NCBI GenBank assembly: GCA_026129095.1
Contig: JAHCIT010000006.1
Coordinates: forward strand, 1 to 64,000
Direction: 5' to 3'
From: Deltaproteobacteria bacterium
GTDB lineage: Bacteria > JAGRBM01 > JAHCIT01
DNA: 64,000 bases
Below the pieces are notes generated by a model. That model searched no databases, was not told where the DNA came from, and worked only from the letters and a program-made list of their open reading frames with translations. Of this stretch, positions 50,601 to 62,600 are shown piece after piece; positions within the stretch are counted from its first letter, which is position 1, and every line of letters begins with the position of its first letter. The position numbers and the translations under genes are program-made.

Positions 50601-53600
50601 GCCCGGAACTGTCATTCGCAACCCACTGGAGCCTGTTCGTGCTGCCATTAACAAGCAGGATATCCTCATACCCGCCATCGTCATTCAGATCAGCCACGGC
50701 CAGCCCCAACACCTGGTCTGACAGCGAAACCGTATGAACCGGAACCGGATCAAAGCAGTCATTCCCCGAGAAATCATAACCCAGAACAGTGATGCCAGAT
50801 GCCGACGAATGAGCCACTGCGAGGCCCGGATATCCCGAAACATCAAGCTGGGAGAACAGCGCAATGTGCACCACATTATCCGGGAGGGAATTGGTTCGCA
50901 TCGTTCCGAATTCGCCCTGCACGTCCGAGCTTCCCGGCCAGCACCGGAGCGTGTTCGAGTTTGTGTCGTTGACGACGATATCTTTCACAAAGTCGCCATC
51001 AATATCGGCCAGTATCATCTGGGTCGAATTCGGACCGGCATCCATGCTGTATCCTTCAGCAAAGCCGCCGCCGGACTGCCCAAGCATCACCTGGATACGG
51101 TTGTTGGGCGTATCGTCTTCGAGCAGGACCAGATCCAGCCGTCCGTCGGAGTCAACGTCGGTAACAGCCACGGCGTAGACATAACCGGGCCGGAAGATAT
51201 CTTCCGTCTGGCCCGTATCGAACGTGCCGTCTGGCCGTCCCACGGCCTCCTCACCGTCGTAGAGGCCGTCTGCATCGGTATCCGGCTCGAAGGGATTGGT
51301 ACCGGCGTTGCTGGGGCTGACCCAGGTTCCGGTCATCGTCTCCGCGCCATCCTTAAGGCCGTCAAAGTCGGTGTCAGGATTGTTCGGATCGGTGCCGGTA
51401 TCGAACGGTCCGTTGTAAACGCTCGTATTGGTTTCGACGCTATCCAGGAGTCCGTCCCCGTCCGAATCGGGGTTGAGCGGGTCGGTCCCCATGATGTTTT
51501 CCATATGGTCGGAAAGACCGTCGCCATCGGTATCCGGATTCCACGGATTCGTTCCATTCTGTATTTCAACGCCGTCCGGAACGGTATCGCCGTCACTGTC
51601 GCTACTGGTCGGATCGGTACCGAAAGCGATCTCCGCACTGTCGCTGAGTCCATCGCCATCCGTATCGGCATTGAGCGGGTCGGTCGTGGGAAGGATCGTT
51701 CCCACCACCGCGTAACTCGATCCGTCCGCATTTTCGCTTTCCCATGCAAGGAAGCGGCGGCCTGAACTGGACACCGCCACGGCCGGATTGTTCTGGGCCC
51801 CGGCAGTGATCTGGTTCACCTGGTATTGCGGTCCGTATGCGGTACCGGCACTGTCAAACTCGCGGGCGAAAATCCCGTAGAAATCGCCGTCGAGTCCGCC
51901 CAAATCCGCCCACAGCACGATGATCTCGTCGTCCCGGTTCATCCCGATGGCAGGCACACGCTGGAAATCGAACTCCTCGTTGTTCACGGCGAAATCCGGA
52001 CTCATCGGAGTGATGCTGTCATCGAATATCCGGGCGCGGATGCCGAGGCTGGCTGCGTCGGGGCTTGTCCAGGCAACGGCAAAGTTACCCGCCGCGTTCA
52101 TCGCAATGGCCGGATCATCCTGGGTCCCACCCGTGACCGAGTTGACCAAGTACATGTCCGTGTCGATCGCGCTTGACGGCAGCATCGTGCTGAGACGGAT
52201 GTCGGTATCAGAGCCGTTATGCGACGAGTAGACGATGAAGCTCAATCCCCATGAATCGACAGCCACATCCGGCTTGGTCTGCGCATTGGCAATTGTCCCG
52301 TGAACAACCACTTCGCCGGTCAATGGCGTGCCGTTCCGGTCAAACCGGCGGGCCACGACGTCCCACCCGCTGCCGCAGGTATTTTCACACTGCCACGCGA
52401 CAGTGAAGTCGCCCGTCTGCCGGTGGACACCAACCGAGGGGGCGCTCTGGTCGCCCGCAGTGGTCGCATTGACCTGGATTTCTCCGGTCTTTGGGGAACC
52501 ATCGCTACCGAATACCCGCGCATAGATTCCACCCAGGTCGCCGTCCTGTCCGTCGCTCATCCATACGACGACGAAATCCCCGTCGCCCGAAACAGCCACG
52601 TCCGGCTGGCTCTGGGTACCAGCGGACGTCGAATTGACGACGATTTCACCGCCCGTCTTCTCTCCGCTGTGCACAAGAAGCTGGGCACGGATGTCGGTCC
52701 CATCAACCCACGCGGCCACCCAGTTGCCATTCGGGCTTGCCGCCACGGACGCCAGTCCCTGGAAGCCTGCCGTCATTGTATTCACGACAAACTGCGTGCT
52801 GCCCTCTACGCCGGTGCATACCCCTGTCACCCAGGTGCCGTCACACAGACCATCGCCATCGGTGTCGGGGTTCAGCGGATCGGTACCGAGCGCCGTTTCG
52901 CTACCCGTGCAGATACCAACGACATTCAGGCCGTCGCACAGCCGGTCCCCGTCGGTATCGATATCAACGGGATTGGTCATGCGTGTCTGGCGCACGAAGA
53001 CGCCGTTTCCGTCTCCGTCACGGCCGGTGGTGTCCTCAAAAACGATCACCCAGTCGCCGCCAGCAAGGTAACCAGCCTTTACCATGTCACCGGAGGCACT
53101 CGGCTGCATCATCAGGAATTCCGGGCCCACGGACGTTCCGTTCCACTGGTAACGCTGCCCGTAAACCCTGAACATTCCGCTTCCGTCCTGGTCCCAGCTG
53201 GCCCAGGAAATCAGATAGTCCCCGCTGTTATGCTCGACAGAAACAGATGGCCGGGTCTGGTCGTACAGCGTATAGGAGTTGACCTGGTACTCACCGGCGT
53301 ACGGCGAACCGTTCATGTCGAACCGGCGGGCAAAGACGCCGCTGTTCGATCCGTCCTGGTTGCCACTCGCCCAGGCAACGACAAAATCCCCCGATACTGA
53401 TGTCGCCGAAATGGACGGATAGTTCTGGATATCCGCGGTGGTGGTGTTGGCCGTCAGTTCGGCGAATGCCTCGTTATTGGGCGCACTGAACCCGCGGACC
53501 CGGATATCCAGCGCATCGCCAGAATCATCCTCGAAGGCAATCGCCACCCGGCCCAGCCCGAGGGAAGCGATTGCAGGGCGCCCCTGGTTTCCGGCCGTCA

Positions 53601-56600
53601 CGCTGTTCACCTGGAACACCGGCGCAAAAGTTGTCTGCGACGGATAGGGCTGCCAGTACCGGGCGTAAATATCAGACCCTGTATCGCATCCGTCACAGCG
53701 CCAGGCGAGTACGAACTGGCCCGTCACGCTGGTTGTTGCAATGGCCGGCTGGTAACGGCTGTTTCCGTCTGGACCTACCGCCTCGACATCGTTATCAACC
53801 GGGTTGCCAGCGGCATCAAAGCGGCGGAGCCGGATCTGGTAAGTCCCGCTCCGGCTGTCGCTCCAGGCAACAACAAACCGGCCACTGTCGTCGACGGCTA
53901 TCGTTGGCTGAATCTGGTCGCCTGTATTGGTCGAATTAACAAGGATCTCCGTCGTTACCGGCCGGCCGGCGGAGTCGTACTTACGGGCATAAATGCCGCT
54001 CTGGTCACCGTCCGGGCCCGACCAGGCAACGACGTAACTGCCGTTACGCATGACCGCCAGCGCCGGGGCAAGCTGATGACCGGAAACAGTCTCGGTCGCA
54101 ATGAAGTCCAGTTGCCGTTCCGTGCCGTTGCAACTGCCGGTCATTTCATGCCCGTCGCACAGGCCGTCGCCATCCGTATCGGGATTGTTCGGGTCTGAAC
54201 CGGGATTGCCCGGACTGATGAAAGCCAGGCTCGCATTTTCGGCGCCGTCGAAATACCCGTCACCATCAGTATCCGGGACATTCGGATCCGTTCCGGTCAT
54301 GACGGCCGAGAAATAGGTTCCGCCGTTATCTTCATAGCCATCCCAGAGGCCGTCGAAATCGCTATCCGGCTCGTTTGGATCGGTACCGGGATCGGTCGCG
54401 CCGCCCCAGATGCCCGTGGCGCGTTCGATGAAATCAGAGAGTCCGTCACCATCCGAATCCTGGTTGCCCGGATCGGTGCCGGTATCGGTCGAACTCACCC
54501 AGATGCCGGTGTTGGTTTCGTACGCGTCCGGGATGCCGTCGCTGTCCGTATCCAGATAGCCCGCCGTGAAGGGGACCGTGTTCGAGTTCCACTCCGCCTC
54601 AACCAGATAGGTCGCCGGGTAGGTGACATCCAGTGTCAGGTAGATGGAACTCAGGCCGTCGCTGTCCGTGTAGTCAGGGATCGGTGCGCCCAGTATGCCC
54701 TCACCCAGGTTCGTCCAGGTAACCAGTTCGCCCGCGACACCGTTGCCAAACGCATCTGTCACGCGGACCACAAACGGGTCATCAAGTGTCAGGCCCGGAT
54801 CGCCCGTCTGTGCGTCTCCGCCCACATAGGTGACGTTCGACGCAGGACCCGGATTGACGTTCACCATGTAATCTGGCGGATCAAACGTAAGGCCCGGCAC
54901 GCTCAGCTCGACGTTCTTGCTTCCGGACACCGTCATGGAAATATCGTCAAAAGTGGCTTCGCCGTTTGTCGTGGGTTGCGTGACCGTGCCGTTCAGGCTG
55001 CCGGTTCCGCTGGTCAGTTCAACCGTGACGTCCAGGCCGTTGGTCGTGGACTGGTTGCCGTACTGGTCGGTGACCACACCCGTGAAGGTCGCCCAGTCTC
55101 CTCCGGCAGTTTCCGTGGGTGACGGGAACGTGCCGAACCGGACATAGGCGTCGGCACCTGGGGTCACGTCGAACGGATTGGAGATGGCCAGATCAAGCGG
55201 CGGGCTGGACGTCGCCAGCAGGGTGTAACCCGATGCTGCAATATCCACGTGTGTATTCAGGAAGAAAACAAAACCGCCAGTAACAGTCTTCGGATTGATC
55301 GTCGTACTCAGGACAGCCATTCCACCCGTAGGATCGTAATCGAAGGCCAGCGTCACCTCTGTCGAATAGTCATCAGCCACCAGGTTGCCATGCTGGTCAT
55401 GCACCTGGACCGCCACTGACTGGCTCTGGTCAGCCGTGCGGCTGATGGGACCGGAGGTGAACGCCAGCCGGGCCGGTGCGCCGGGCGTGACATCGAACAG
55501 ATTGGAGTCGTCATATGCCAGTCCCGGCGATGTCACCCTCAGCATGTAGTTCGACCCCACCTTGTCCAGATGGACCTGGTTGAAGACGGCGAGGCCGTTC
55601 GTCGCGAACACCGGATTTGTCCCGGCTGAAAGCGTTGCAGCACCGGGGTTCCATTCGATCGCCAGCGTCACGAGCGGCGGCGGCGGATTACCGGAGCCGC
55701 CAAGGTCCACGGCGGGCAGGTTGTCGCCCATTGTGCCGCCTGTTCCACCCCGACCGATCACATCGCCAAGGCCAAGCTGACCCCAAGCATTGTGACCCCA
55801 GCATTTGAGATCGTGATTATCCAATATGGCGCAATTACTCGAAAAACCCGATGCAAGGGCAAGAGCCGTCCGGCCGGACCCCAGATTCACCGCCGGAAGG
55901 TTATCGCCCATTTGACCAGGCGCATTACCGCGGGTTGTCGTATTACCAAGGCCCAGTTGGCCGGAGGCATTATCGCCCCAGCATTTCACGCTCCCGTTAT
56001 CCAGCAAGACGCAGGTGTGGGAGCCCGAAACGGCAAGTCCTGTCACTGTCCTGCCAGTGCCAAGGCTAACCACTGGCAGGTTGTCACCCATTTCGCCAGG
56101 TCCGTCACCACGAGTGACGGTATCCTCAAGTCCAAGCTGCCCAGAAGGAGACCGGCCCCAGCACTTCAGATTCCCATCGTTAAGCAGGGCGCAACTGTGA
56201 TCCTGTCCCGCGCCTACAGCAATCGCGGTCTTCCCGGCACCAAGGTCTACTGCGGGAAGATTGTCGCCCATTTCGCCGGGCCCGTCGCCACGATTGTCAG
56301 TATCGCCAAGACCGAGCTGGCCATAAAGGTTTATGCCCCAGCACTTGACCTGTCCGTTGTCCAGCAGGGCACAGGTATGATTGGTGCCCAGTGCGACATC
56401 AACAACAGTCCGGCCAGTCCCCAGATTTACCGCAGGCAGGCTGTCGCCCATGTGTGCAGGCGATGAACCGCGCTGTCCTGCATCGCCCAGCCCTAGCTGG
56501 CCGGACCCATTTGTCCCCCAGCATTTTAGGCTCTTGTCGTTCATCACGGCACATGTATGGCCGGCATTGGAAGGTCCGGCCGCAATCTTCACCGCCGTAA

Positions 56601-59600
56601 GCCCGGTCCCCAAATTCACGAATGGCAGCGCATCGCCCATATGGGCAGGACTCGTACCCCGGTGCGTCGTGTCCCCCAGACCGAGACGGCCCTGATTGTT
56701 CGTGCCCCAGCATTTGACAGTTCCATCAACAAACAAAACACACGAGTAGTCGGAACCAATGGCCGATTGCATAGCGGCCAATCCGGTTCCCAGATCCACG
56801 CCAGGCAGGTTATCGCCCATCTGGCCAGGACTACCACCTCGGTTCACTGAATCACCAAGCCCCAGCGCACCATTGGTATTGTGGCCCCAGCACTTGAGTG
56901 AATGATCACTCATTACCGCACAGGTTCTAACACCGCTTCCGCCTCCAGAAACCGCCACCTGCACCGGCATCGGGCGGAACGGACCCGTCACATCGTTCCC
57001 GTAGGCATCCCGTACCTGGGCGCTGACCATCTGGGTGTCGTCGGCCGTGACCGTGATTGGCTGCTGGACAACGGCGAGTGCCGCCGGATCGCCCGGCGTG
57101 ATGTCGAATGGATCGGAATCCGCCGTTCCGTAAGCGGGGACCGAGGACGCCCGCAGCGTGTAGCCAGACGACACCTTGTCCACCCACAGGCCGGTAAACT
57201 GGGCCACGCCGCCGGAAGCGGTCACGGGGTCGAAATCGTAGGAGAGCGTCGCGCCCACCGGGTTGTTCATCAGTGTGAGCGAAACCTGGGTCGAGCTGTC
57301 CGAAAGCACCGTGTTCCCGTAGTCGTCATGAATCTCGACCTCCACGGACTGCAACGCCCCGGCGGCGCGGTTCGCCGGATGACCCGTGAAGGCGAGACTG
57401 TTTGCCAAGCCGTGCGTCACGTCGAACGGATCGGAGATCGCCAGATCAAGCGGCGGGCTGGACGTCGCCAGCAGGGTGTAGCCGGTGGCCGCCTTGTCCA
57501 CATGGACATCCTGGAATACGGCGTATCCGCCGGAAACCGTCAGCGGATTCACAAGTGCCGTCAGGCTCGCAAACCCGCCCGTCGGGTCGTAATCGAATGC
57601 CAATGTCACTTCCGTCGTGGAGTCGTCGTCCACCAGATTACCGTACTGGTCGTGCACCGATACGCCGACGTCCGGATCCTGATCGGCGGTCCGGTTTGTG
57701 GGCTGCAGGAAGAACGCCAACTGGGCGGGAGCGCCGCGTGTAATGTTGAACAGGCTGGAGTCGTCATATGCCAGGCCGGGCGAGGTCACCCTCAGCATGT
57801 AGTTCGACCCCACCTTGTCCAGATGGACCTGGTTGAAGACGGCGAGGCCGTTCGCCGCATAGACCGGATTTTCCAGCGCCGTCAGAGCCGATCCGGCCGG
57901 GTTGACCTCGATCGCCAGCGTCACGAGCGGCGGCAGCGGATCACCCGAGCCGCCGAGGTCCACGGCGGGGAGAATGTCGCCCATGGTGCCGGGTGTAGCG
58001 CCACGAAGCAGCGCATCACCGAGGCCAAGCTGTCCGTTAAAATTGTATCCCCAGCATTTCACGGTCCTGTCGTCAAGAATCGCGCAACTGTGACCGGAAC
58101 CTGCGGCCAGCCGGATCGCCGTCCGGCCCGTGCCGAGATTCACAACCGGAAGATTGTCGCCCATCTCGCCGGGGCCGTCACCGCGGTCTTGCATATCTTC
58201 AAGACCCAGCGCGCCGTTGGAGTTGCTCCCCCAGCATTTTACGGTCTCGTTATCGAGAAGCGCGCACGTGTGGCTGTTCCCCGACGCCAGCCTGGCCACG
58301 GCCCGGCCGGTACCCATATCCACGGACGGGAGGTTGTCGCCCATTTCACCCGGTCCATCGCCGCGATTCTGCGTGTCACCGAGACCCAGTTCGCCAAACA
58401 GGTTGCTCCCCCAGCACTTCAGAACCCCGTTATCCAGGACAGCACAGTTATGGACAACTCCTGACACCAGCTTAAGCACCGTCCTGCCAGTGCCCAGATC
58501 CAGAGCCGGGAGGTTGTCACCCATCTCCCCCGGTCCGTCGCCCCGATCATCCGTATCCCCAAGGCCCAGTTGGCCCCGATCGTTACGGCCCCAACACTTG
58601 GCACTACCGTTGTCGAGAACCGCACACGTGTGGCTGTCTCCCGCTTTCAACTGCACCGCCGTCCGGCCGGTACCGAGGTTCACAGCAGGGAGGCTGTCGC
58701 CCATCTCGCCGGGGCCGTCACCACGATCCTGCATGTCTCCAAGGCCTAACGCGCCATTCAGGCTGCCTCCCCAGCACTTGACGGTCCCATTGTCGAGAAT
58801 TGCGCAGGTGTGGCCAAAGCCTGCCGCCAGTTGGACCGCCGTCCGGCCAGTGCCCAAGTCCACGGCCGGGAGACTGTCACCCATCTCGCCCGGTCCGTCG
58901 CCCCGGTTCTGGGTATCCCCAAGACCCAACTGGCCGCCAATGTTACGGCCCCAGCACTTTACGGTCCCATTATCGAGGAGTGCACAGGCATGGAAGTTGC
59001 CCATCGCCAGTTGGACCGCCGTCCGGCCAGTGCCAAGGTCCACGTCCGGGAGACTGTCACCCATCTCGCCCGGTCCGTCGCCCCGATCCTGCGTGTCTCC
59101 CAAGCCCAGCTGACCATGCTGATTGTGCCCCCAGCATTTCACGGCCCCGTTATCAATAATCGTACAGGTAAAGAAGCCACTTGCCGTCACCTGCGATGGC
59201 ACGGGCCGGAACGGACCGGTCACCTGGTTGCCGAAGGCGTCCCGTATTTCAGCGCTGACCATCTGGGTGTCATCGGCCGTGACCGTCACCGGCTGCTGGA
59301 TAAACAGGAGCTGGGCCGGATCGCCCGGCGTGATGTCGAACGCGGCGGAGCTCATCGTCCGCGGACCCTGCTGGGCCTGGAGAACCTTCGAGCCGGTGAT
59401 ATCGATGCTCAGGCTGTCCCCAGGCACCCAGGAGGCAACGCCCGCCACTGGTGCCACGGTGACCGTGCCCGACAGGGAACCTGACCCGCTCCAGAGCGAC
59501 AGCGTGATGTCGGCCACCGAATCCGGTCCGGTCGTGACCGTGTTGCCGTAGCCGTCACGCACCTCGACCACCGGCAGGAGCGGCGATCCGGCCTGCGTGG

Positions 59601-62600
59601 CTACCGGTTGCGTCGTGAAGGCCAGCGCCGACGCCACGCCGTGCGTGATATCGAAGGAACCGGAATCGGCGAAGGTCAGCCCGCCGGCCGTCGCCCGGAG
59701 GGTCTTCTGACCCGCCATGTCTATCGTGAGCGCATGACCCACCGACCAGGTAGCGACACCGGCTGTCGCGGGTATTGACGTGTTTCCATTGAGCGCTCCT
59801 GTACCCGACTGGAGCGCGAGCGCGACCGTCAGGGTCGAATCGGGACCGGTCGTCACCGTGTTGTCGTACGCGTCCCGTATCTCGACTTCCGGAAGCAGGA
59901 AGCCCCCGGCTGCCGTGTTCACCGGCTGGACCGTGAAAACGACGTGGTCACCCGGACCATGAGTAATGTCGAAGGGATCCGAAACATCCGGGACCAGCGG
60001 CGGAACGGATGTCGCCTCCAGCGTGTAGCCAATGCCCGTCTTGTTCACATGAACGCTCAGGAACTCCACTTCGCCAGCCGAAGCGATCTTCGAGGGCCCG
60101 CCCGCGATGCTCAGTGTCGAGCCGCCGGGGTTGTCGTAGATCGCCAGCGTGATTTCCGTCGCGTTGTCGGTGGTGACGAGGTTCCCGAATGTATCCTCTA
60201 TAAACACGGTGATGTTCTGGGTGATACCGGCCGAACTGTTCGCCGGCGGGAACGGGAATGCCAGCCGGCTTGCTGCGTCAGGAACAATCGTAACAGGCAG
60301 CGGGTCCGAATCGCCCCCCGGCAGCGCCGGGGAAGTGACCTTGATGGATATCCCCTCGGCCACTTCATAACTGATGTCCGTGAAGTCCACGACGCCCGCG
60401 GTGGCGATACCGGATGTGGTCCCGGTCAGGTTGCTGATGCCTGAGTCCAGTTCCAGCAGGACCGTTGCCGTCGAGAAGATGCCGGTCGTGACCGTGTTGC
60501 CGTACGCGTCCTGGATCGCCGCGCTGAAACTGTCCCAGGTGACGCCCGCCGTGATCGGACCCATCTGGCCGGGGGCCGGAGCGACAAACCCGACCTGCGC
60601 GGCCGCGCCGTGGGTTATGTTGAACAGGTCCGAGTCGGCATCGGTCAGGCCCGGCGAGGTCACCCGCAGCCGGTAGCCGGAAGCCACCCTGTCCAGATGG
60701 ACCTGGTTGAAGACGGCGAGGCCGTTCGTCGCGGGAACCGGATTTGTCTCGGCTGAAAGCGTCGAGCCGCCCGGGTTGTCTTGTAGAACCAGGGTAATGG
60801 CGGGAGCCGGAATACCCGTACCGCCAAGGTCCACGGCGGGCAGGTTGTCGCCCATCTCACCGGGCTGGTCGCCGCGATGGGCAGTATCACCGAGGCCCAG
60901 CTGGCCATTGGCGTTTGCACCCCAGCATTTCACATTGAAATTGTCGAGAATTGCACAGCTGGAGGCCGTATGCGCTGCCAATTTAGTCACTGTCCGGCCC
61001 GTGCCGAGGTCCAGGACAGGAAGGCTATCACCCATCTCCCCAGGACCGTCACCACGGTCCACCATATCCCCAAGACCAAGCTGGCCATTGGTATTGTAAC
61101 CCCAGCATTTTGTGGTCACATCATCAAGAACTGCGCAGGTATGGTAATAGCCCAATGACAGATGGGTAGCCGTTCGGCCGGCACCCAAATTCACGGATGG
61201 GAGACTGTCACCCATCTCACCAGGCCCATCACCTCGATTTGCCGTATCCCCAAGCCCCAGTTGTCCAGAGCTGTTCCACCCCCAGCATTTTACATCTCCG
61301 TTGTCGAGTATTGCGCAGGTATGACTTTGACCTGCCACCAGACTGATCGCAGTCCGGCCTGTGCCGAGAGACACGACCGGCAGATTATCACCCATCTCGC
61401 CACCGTTATCGCCCCGATGGGCCGTGTCGCCTAGACCCAACTGGCCGTTAGTGTTGTTACCCCAGCACTTGACAGTCTGATTATCGAGAAGTGCGCAGGT
61501 ATGGTATTGGCCTGCCACCAGACTGATCGCAGTCCGGCCTGTGCCGAGAACTACAGTGGGGAGGCTATCTCCCATTTCCCCCGGCCCAATTCCGCGATCC
61601 ACCGTATCTCCGAGACCAAGCTGGCCATTTCCAGCTTCTCCCCAGCACTTGACAGTCTGATTATCGAGAAGTGCACAGGTATGATAGCTGCCCGCCGCCA
61701 GATCCATTGCAGTTCGGCCCGTTCCAAGATCAACCGCGGGGAGATTGTCACTCATCTCGCCAGGGCCATCACCTCTGGTCACAAAATCACCGAGTCCCAA
61801 CTGGCCGAAGCTGTTATTTCCCCAGCATTTAAGGGCCCCGTTATCGAGTATCGCGCAGGTATGATCGCTACCGGAAGCAAGCTTGATCGCAGTCCGGCCT
61901 GTACCTAGAGACACGGTCGGGAGATTATCACCCATCTCGCCACCGTTATCGCCCCGGTGGGCCGTGTCGCCCAGACCCAGCTGGCCGTTAGTGTTGTAAC
62001 CCCAGCACTTGACGTTGCCGTTACTGAGAAGGACGCAATAGCGGTGAAAACCCGCCGCCACCTGCACCGGCACCGGCCGGAACGGACCGGTCACGTCGTT
62101 CCCGTAGGCGTCCTGAACCTGGGCGCTGACCATCTGGGTGTCGTCGGCCGTGACCGTGATTGGCTGCTGGACAAAGGCAAGCTGGGCCGGATCGCCTACC
62201 GTGATGTCGAACGCGGCGGAGCTCATCGTCCGCGGACCCTGCTGGGCCTGGAGAACCTTCGAGCCGACAATGGCGATGTTCAGGCTGTCCCCAGGCACCC
62301 AGGAGGCAATGCCCGCCGACGGCGCCTTGGTAACGGTGCCTGACAGCACACCCGAACCGCTCCAGAGCGACAGGGTGATGTCGGCCACCGCATCCGGGCC
62401 GGTCGTGACCGTGTTGCCATAGCCATCACGCACCTCGACCACCGGCAGGAGCGGCGATCCGGCCTGCGTGGTTACCGGCTGCGTCGTGAAGACGAGCGCC
62501 GATGCCGCGCCGTGGGTAATGTCAAAGTAGTCCGACGAGGCAGGCGTGAGCGGCGGAGATGAAAGTGCTTCCAGCGCGTATCCGGTAAATGCCTTGTCAA

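Larger units (their letters stand above)
45750..54560 (-). repeat. Dispersed TSP3-like Ca2+-binding repeats (DTDGDGL.D..E...GTDP)
   Basis: Clusters at about 54150-54560, 52810-52980, 51245-51690, 49840-50095, 48460-48660, 47150-47230 and 45750-45855. Confidence 0.85.

Noticed and set aside
56902-59484. Long plus-strand ORFs (520, 327, 224 aa) with repeats such as SPISPGPSPR
   Set aside because: Antisense shadows of the repetitive GC-rich giant gene
45890-62070. Diversity-generating retroelement acting on the Asn-rich variable loops
   Set aside because: No reverse transcriptase or non-coding template repeat in the window; variable sites include Q, E, M and W, which AAY mutagenesis cannot produce; differences between repeats are not adenine-specific
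55697-62070. Regular 180-bp periodicity as a CRISPR-like or non-coding array
   Set aside because: Repeats are in-frame 60-aa coding units with synonymous variation; no cas genes and no repeat-spacer structure
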